Shown here: positions 59,843 through 64,000 of the stretch, one piece after another
How the letters are laid out: each line of letters opens with the position of its first letter
Position numbering within the stretch: the first letter of the stretch is position 1
From: Paracoccaceae bacterium
Lineage (GTDB): Bacteria; Pseudomonadota; Alphaproteobacteria; Rhodobacterales; Rhodobacteraceae
Direction of reading: 5' to 3'
Assembly: GCA_028875855.1 (NCBI GenBank)
Contig: JAGWVA010000005.1
Location: 27,535 to 91,534 of the forward strand
Length of the DNA stretch: 64,000 bases
Notes under the pieces: generated by a model
Database searches by the model: none
What the model saw: the letters and a program-made list of their open reading frames with translations, nothing else
Told to the model about the DNA's origin: nothing
Position numbers and translations under genes: made by a program

Positions 59843-61132
59843 GTGAACGGGAAACGTAAACTTTCTGACAACTACGCGAAAACCGCCGAAGCCACAGGCA
59901 AACGTCAAGTGGTGTGGGACACTATGCAACCAGGCTTTGGGCTCCGCCTCACGGCATCTGGGAAACACAGTTGGATCGCAAAATACCGTCTTGGGCAGGG
60001 CCGAGGAGGCATACAGAAGCTAGTCACTTTGGGCACTCCGCCCATCTTGTCGTGCGATGATGCGCGTTTCAAAGCCGCACAGCTCGTTACTGCGGCCAGA
60101 CAAAACGTGGATCTATTTCAACAATGGCAAGATGAAGCTGAAGAAGCGAAGAAAGTAAGACAAACCCGCATTCTTGCATCTTATGATGTCGTTGACCTGG
60201 AAAATCCTGCATTTTTGAAGTCCGCTTGGTTTCATCACGTTGATCTAAAAGTTGGCATCAAAAAGCGCAGCAGAGAGAAGATGAAGGGGATGTGGAAACA
60301 CATCCGGAATAATATTAAAGAAAATATTTTAACAAAGGACCTCACCCCCGATCATCTACTTAAAATCCAGAAGGCGCTGGAAGAAACAAAACCGGAGTAC
60401 AACAAGTTTCACTCTTTTCTCTCATCCGTCCTGGAAGCCGAAGTCTATGCAGGCAGAATTGAACGCAATATCGCAAAGAGAGTAAAGAAGCACGCCACAA
60501 AATATAGGGATACCGTCCTATCTGAAAGGGGAGTGAAGCAGCTCAAAGAGTTTTACTCGAATCCAGAAAATTTCACTAAACACGAGCAGAACCAAGCTCG
60601 GTGGATCTTATGTGTTTTGCTCACGGGATCCCGCCCATCAACACTGGCAAGCCTTCGAAAACAGGACGATGGAGAGAACAACTATCTTGATCTAAGTGAC
60701 CCAGAAAATCCAGTAATGGTTGTGCGGGACCATAAGATGAAGCGATATTCAAACCTCAACTTTATCACTATTAACATCACGCAGCAAGCTGCAGAAATCA
60801 TGCAAAAGGCTATTAACGAGACGCCGTGGAGTCCCTACGTATTCGGATCAATGGATAAAAGAGCAAATTTTTCACAAGAACAAATTTCAGTCAAAGGCCG
60901 TGAAGAACTATTCAAAAAACATAGAGATAGTTTTGAAAAAGAGGGATATGAGCCATTGGTAACGTATTCCCTCCGCCATACATTTGGAACAATGCTTGTG
61001 GCGGCTGGTGTACCCCTGAAGAATGTTGCTGACATAATGCTACACAATAGCATTGTTACTACCCAAAGATACGTGAAGACAACACAGAGGAGCCGGAAGG
61101 ATACCGTAAAAAGGCTGGAGTCCATCATATAA
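59843..61132 (+). CDS. P4-type tyrosine recombinase / integrase
   Basis: Arm-binding N-domain LSDNYAKTAEATGKRQVVWDTMQPGFGLRLTASGKHSWIAKYRLG. Catalytic residues lie in TGSRPS, LRHTFGT and TTQRYV. I prefer the GTG at 59843; the track start at 59780 lies inside the repeats. Confidence 0.85.
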   Translation: MNGKRKLSDNYAKTAEATGKRQVVWDTMQPGFGLRLTASGKHSWIAKYRLGQGRGGIQKLVTLGTPPILSCDDARFKAAQLVTAARQNVDLFQQWQDEAEEAKKVRQTRILASYDVVDLENPAFLKSAWFHHVDLKVGIKKRSREKMKGMWKHIRNNIKENILTKDLTPDHLLKIQKALEETKPEYNKFHSFLSSVLEAEVYAGRIERNIAKRVKKHATKYRDTVLSERGVKQLKEFYSNPENFTKHEQNQARWILCVLLTGSRPSTLASLRKQDDGENNYLDLSDPENPVMVVRDHKMKRYSNLNFITINITQQAAEIMQKAINETPWSPYVFGSMDKRANFSQEQISVKGREELFKKHRDSFEKEGYEPLVTYSLRHTFGTMLVAAGVPLKNVADIMLHNSIVTTQRYVKTTQRSRKDTVKRLESII

Positions 61133-61580
61133 ACGGCCCTCACCCCTAATCGGAAAGGTAATCACTTTTCGAGTTTTCGGATAGTTTAGAACTCCGCCAG
61201 CGACTTTCGCAGGGCGCAAACGGAAGGCGAAGGCGAATTCTCCATAGCGACTGCCCTACTTTCACATGGCATTCAAATCCAGGCAGTCCGCCCACGCCTC
61301 TCGGAAAAAACATCTGTACACGCCATTAATGATGTGCTATCAATGCCTCATTAACGGAGAACCACAGTGACCACACGACTGAGCATAAGCATACGATAAG
61401 AAGCTGTCTCCAGCTTCCTTTCATTGCTGATCTCAGGGCTGGTCGCAAGGGTTACCCCACGATTTTCCTGACATCAAATTTTTAGACCGAAGGCTGTTCA
61501 CAGCCGAGGTTTCTATACCCTTTACCGTCCCCCAGTCCGGGGGGTGGCCTAACGCATGCATTCATAAGGAGCGATTTCAA

Positions 61581-62552
61581 ATGCAGCTTGAGAATACAGT
61601 CTATCAAATCATCGCACGTGAGCCGACGTTCGAGCATCAAGTGCAAGGCACGAGAATGCAGTCCGTCGCGGACGACTTTCGCACGTTTACCATGCCGCAT
61701 GTTACCCATGTGTGCCTAGCCAACAGCGCGCAAAGCATCTCGTACGCGGTCCGCCAAGAGTATGGCATCAAAAAAGTTAATCCGTTGCCGACCAATCTGG
61801 CGAAGCAATACCGTCAGGGCGGCGTTCGCTTGGCCCGTCGTATCGCTGAAGCCTTTGACGAGGTGAACCTGGACGACTTTGTCTTCTGGCTTCGCGCTAG
61901 ACGAGGGGACAACAAAAGCTTTTGCTACTATCACTTCAAGCAATCTGTCGATGAGCTTGGTAACCCCGAACTTAGGATCAACGTCGTGCAGTACGACTAC
62001 AACGTAATCACATCAAATTTCGTGGCACAACCGTACCGGATCCTGCTGTCTGATCGCTTACTGAACGATCTGAAAGAGCTTCTTACAAAGGGAACGCTCG
62101 TAGCTACGCAGGACCGCCTGTCTAATCTTTTGGGCTTCGTTCGCGCGTCGAACGAGGCGGACAGTTTTACCGTGCTAGCGACGGCTCTGGGCATTCTCGA
62201 AGACCGGGGGATGGTTGAGCGCACGCGGCATGCACGTCGCCAGTTGCAGCCCATGCCATACCCATACGTCATGAACGACCGCGGTGATTACCAGCCGCTG
62301 CCGTTCTCGATCAAACGCATTCACTCTCTGGATGATCTGCGCTTCGACGATGCAGCGCCCGACGACCAAGGTGAACGCTTGGCAGCAAACGCGAACGAAC
62401 ACCCCCACAATCACGCCCGACGGCGGGGCGACGTTGCCCTACATGAAGTTCGCGGTCATGTCCGCCACCTGAAATCGGGCAAGACGTGCTTCGTTCGCGC
62501 TCATACACGCGGCAACCGCGACAAGCTCACCATTCATCGGCTTGTCGCCTGA
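61581..62552 (+). CDS. Island hypothetical protein (323 aa) with a His/Arg-rich C-terminus
   Basis: ATG preceded by AAGGAG. Protein-like composition with no motif I can assign. The C-terminus reads HPHNHARRRGDVALHEVRGHVRHLKSGKTCFVRAHTRGN. Confidence 0.6.
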   Translation: MQLENTVYQIIAREPTFEHQVQGTRMQSVADDFRTFTMPHVTHVCLANSAQSISYAVRQEYGIKKVNPLPTNLAKQYRQGGVRLARRIAEAFDEVNLDDFVFWLRARRGDNKSFCYYHFKQSVDELGNPELRINVVQYDYNVITSNFVAQPYRILLSDRLLNDLKELLTKGTLVATQDRLSNLLGFVRASNEADSFTVLATALGILEDRGMVERTRHARRQLQPMPYPYVMNDRGDYQPLPFSIKRIHSLDDLRFDDAAPDDQGERLAANANEHPHNHARRRGDVALHEVRGHVRHLKSGKTCFVRAHTRGNRDKLTIHRLVA

Positions 62553-62595
62553 AATCCATTTTTTCCCAAGTAATCAACAGCAAAGGAGATTTCCC

Positions 62596-63414
62596 ATGAT
62601 TACTGATAACCAGGCGCTCAGTCAGGAGCTTATTGAAGATATCAACCAAACGCAGGACTACGGGGCCGCCCGTGTTGCCTTGATGGATGCCGAAATCACA
62701 CTCGGCGAGATCGAGGCCGACAGCTTCGGCGCAGCGGGACATGACGACAGGGTCCAGTCCCTCGACCACTGCTGGGATCAAATCGCCAGCGCTTTCGAGG
62801 CGCATCTCGACCGCCTCAGTGCGGAAAATACATCGCTTGCGCGTGAGCTGAAAGCTTGCGCCAAGCAGATCGAGTTTGGCCTGCTTGACAACTATCTGCA
62901 CGCTGCCGTTGCCGCCGCTCAGTGGACAAAAGCCCAGAGGAACTCGCACCTGCGCGCTACCGTCTTCGTGCTGTCCGCCGCAATGAATAAGTACAAATAC
63001 GCGGGCTATGGCGATGAAGTTGCTTGCTTGCGTTACATCCTTGCAAGGGGCCTTCCTGGCCACGCACAAACCAAGGATTGGGACAAATACACCGCTCTGC
63101 ACCTGATGACAGACCATCCTGTTCGAACCCTCTCGCATCCCCGCGCGGTTCGGTTACTCCTGAAGCATGGCGCACAGGTTGATGCACGCAACGGGCGTGG
63201 CGATACCCCGCTGATCTTGGCAAGCGCTTCGCGAATTTTCACCGAAGAGACGTATCGCTCGATGCTCTTGCTGCTCGACGCGGGCGCGGATCCACACCTT
63301 CAATCCGACGACGGCGAAAGTGCGTACAGCATCCTGCGCGCCGCACGCGTAGGCCATAATCAACAGTTCATCGAGCGCCTGCTTGCCAAGATCGACGGCA
63401 AGATTGCAGCGTGA
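62596..63414 (+). CDS. Island ankyrin-repeat protein (272 aa)
   Basis: ATG preceded by AAAGGAG. The C-terminal half has about three ankyrin-like repeats: TALHLM...AVRLLLKHGAQVDARNGRGDTPLILA...LLLLDAGADPHLQSDDGESAYSIL. Confidence 0.7.
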   Translation: MITDNQALSQELIEDINQTQDYGAARVALMDAEITLGEIEADSFGAAGHDDRVQSLDHCWDQIASAFEAHLDRLSAENTSLARELKACAKQIEFGLLDNYLHAAVAAAQWTKAQRNSHLRATVFVLSAAMNKYKYAGYGDEVACLRYILARGLPGHAQTKDWDKYTALHLMTDHPVRTLSHPRAVRLLLKHGAQVDARNGRGDTPLILASASRIFTEETYRSMLLLLDAGADPHLQSDDGESAYSILRAARVGHNQQFIERLLAKIDGKIAA

Positions 63415-63424
63415 GGAACACTTC

Positions 63425-63450
63425 AGGAGGGCTTCGGCCCTCCTCTTTCG
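63425..63450. terminator. Hairpin terminator after the ankyrin gene
   Basis: AGGAGGGC-ttcg-GCCCTCCT followed by CTTTCG. It lies between convergent ORFs. Confidence 0.5.
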
Positions 63451-63469
63451 CGTGGGCGATCAGGAAATG

Positions 63470-63826
63470 CTACGACCCGCCCCCAACAGCCCCGATATCG
63501 ATCTCGCGCTCATCACCCCACACAGAGATCATGATACCCGACTCGTTGGCTTTACGTAGATGTGGCGGCGTCACCTCAACCACACGCACTCTGAACGCGA
63601 CGTCTCTGATCACCGCCGCTTTCAACATGCCTGATCCCACTGGGCCAAGTCGCCCAACGCGCAAGGTTTGCGTCCGCCTCCCAAACAATGACCGCCGCTC
63701 AGTGGTCGTCAGGACTTCAACGAACTCGCGGTCATCGCTCACTGAAAAATGTAACTTCCGCCCCATGGAAAGGCAGCGCTCGTTCTCCACATCCAGCAGC
63801 TCAGTTCTGGCGATCAGCGGTCTCAT
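63470..63826 (-). CDS. Island hypothetical protein (118 aa)
   Basis: More protein-like than the overlapping plus-strand ORF 63411..63839, which is Ser/Thr/Arg/Pro-rich. There is no clear SD and I recognise no motif. Confidence 0.35.
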   Translation of the reverse strand: MRPLIARTELLDVENERCLSMGRKLHFSVSDDREFVEVLTTTERRSLFGRRTQTLRVGRLGPVGSGMLKAAVIRDVAFRVRVVEVTPPHLRKANESGIMISVWGDEREIDIGAVGGGS

Positions 63827-64000
63827 GGCATTTTGTTAGCTGATCACGCGACAACATGCACGCGTTGAACAGACCGTTGCCACAGGTCAGGCGACAACGC
63901 GTGTAGCCACAGAGCGCAACTGCAGTTCAGCACAGGTGCGTTCAACAGGATGGCGAGAGTTAACAGCGGCGGCCAATGCTTCATCGATTAGCCCTTCGGC

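Larger units (their letters stand above)
59575..64000. mobile_element. Left part of a low-GC integrative genomic island (continues beyond the window)
   Basis: Abrupt composition drop at about 59.57 kb. My hand count gives about 44 percent G+C for 59581-59680, against GC-rich flanks. An integrase sits at the edge, and the cargo has A/T-richer codon usage and strong AGGAG-type SDs. Confidence 0.6.

Noticed and set aside
61266-61370. 34-aa ORF (MAFKSRQSAHASRKKHLYTPLMMCYQCLINGEPQ) in the island spacer
   Set aside because: It has no SD, is very short, and a single CxxC is not enough to call it. It is kept only as context for the ORF-free spacer finding.
63411-63839. 142-aa plus-strand ORF overlapping the 118-aa minus-strand ORF
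   Set aside because: The composition is Ser/Thr/Arg/Pro-rich. It starts inside the stop and terminator region of the ankyrin gene. The minus-strand ORF looks more protein-like, although it is only weakly supported itself.

Overview
High-GC alphaproteobacterial chromosome segment (about two-thirds G+C by eye). Gene content and order look Rhodobacteraceae-like, and it is almost fully coding. I had no tools, so every call rests on reading the supplied translations, hand translation and hand counts.

Layout, left to right:
- glyS (partial), a small membrane ORF and glyQ (-).
- A SPOR/PG-binding/trypsin-fold protein (+).
- folE2 and metZ (-), with a structured leader upstream of metZ.
- Small accessory genes: alpha/beta hydrolase, ICMT-like methyltransferase, yciB, an HdeA-like protein and a DMT transporter.
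- A long minus-strand run: FAD oxidase, GNAT, M16 peptidase, thrC, surf1, then ctaE-ctaG-orf-ctaB-ctaC (aa3 oxidase).
- tldD, an apparently frameshifted dprA, topA and scoAB (+).
- A tad/cpa (Flp, type IVc) pilus locus at 29.2-41.3 kb: two Flp pilins, cpaB, cpaC, an OmpA-type lipoprotein, cpaE, cpaF, tadB, tadC, two TPR lipoproteins, cpaA and an appended AAA+ ATPase.
- An Lhr-type DEXH helicase with PdeM, then a LytTR membrane protein.
- A C1-folate block fhs-folD-folD (-).
- MOSC, tam, ftsH, tilS and the complete tol-pal cluster (-).
- From about 59.6 kb, a low-GC island that opens with a P4-type tyrosine integrase and carries cargo I cannot recognise, including an ankyrin-repeat protein.

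I saw no rRNA, tRNA or CRISPR array.

I do not see a clear-cut new system. The best candidates for something undescribed are:
1. The island cargo, and the fact that the island junction lies inside ybgC.
2. The uncharacterised AAA+ ATPase attached to the tad operon.
3. A trypsin-fold protein whose catalytic residues are all substituted.
4. A second FolD paralog that lacks the catalytic lysine.
5. Candidate riboswitch-like leaders upstream of fhs and metZ.
6. A short intergenic repeat family.
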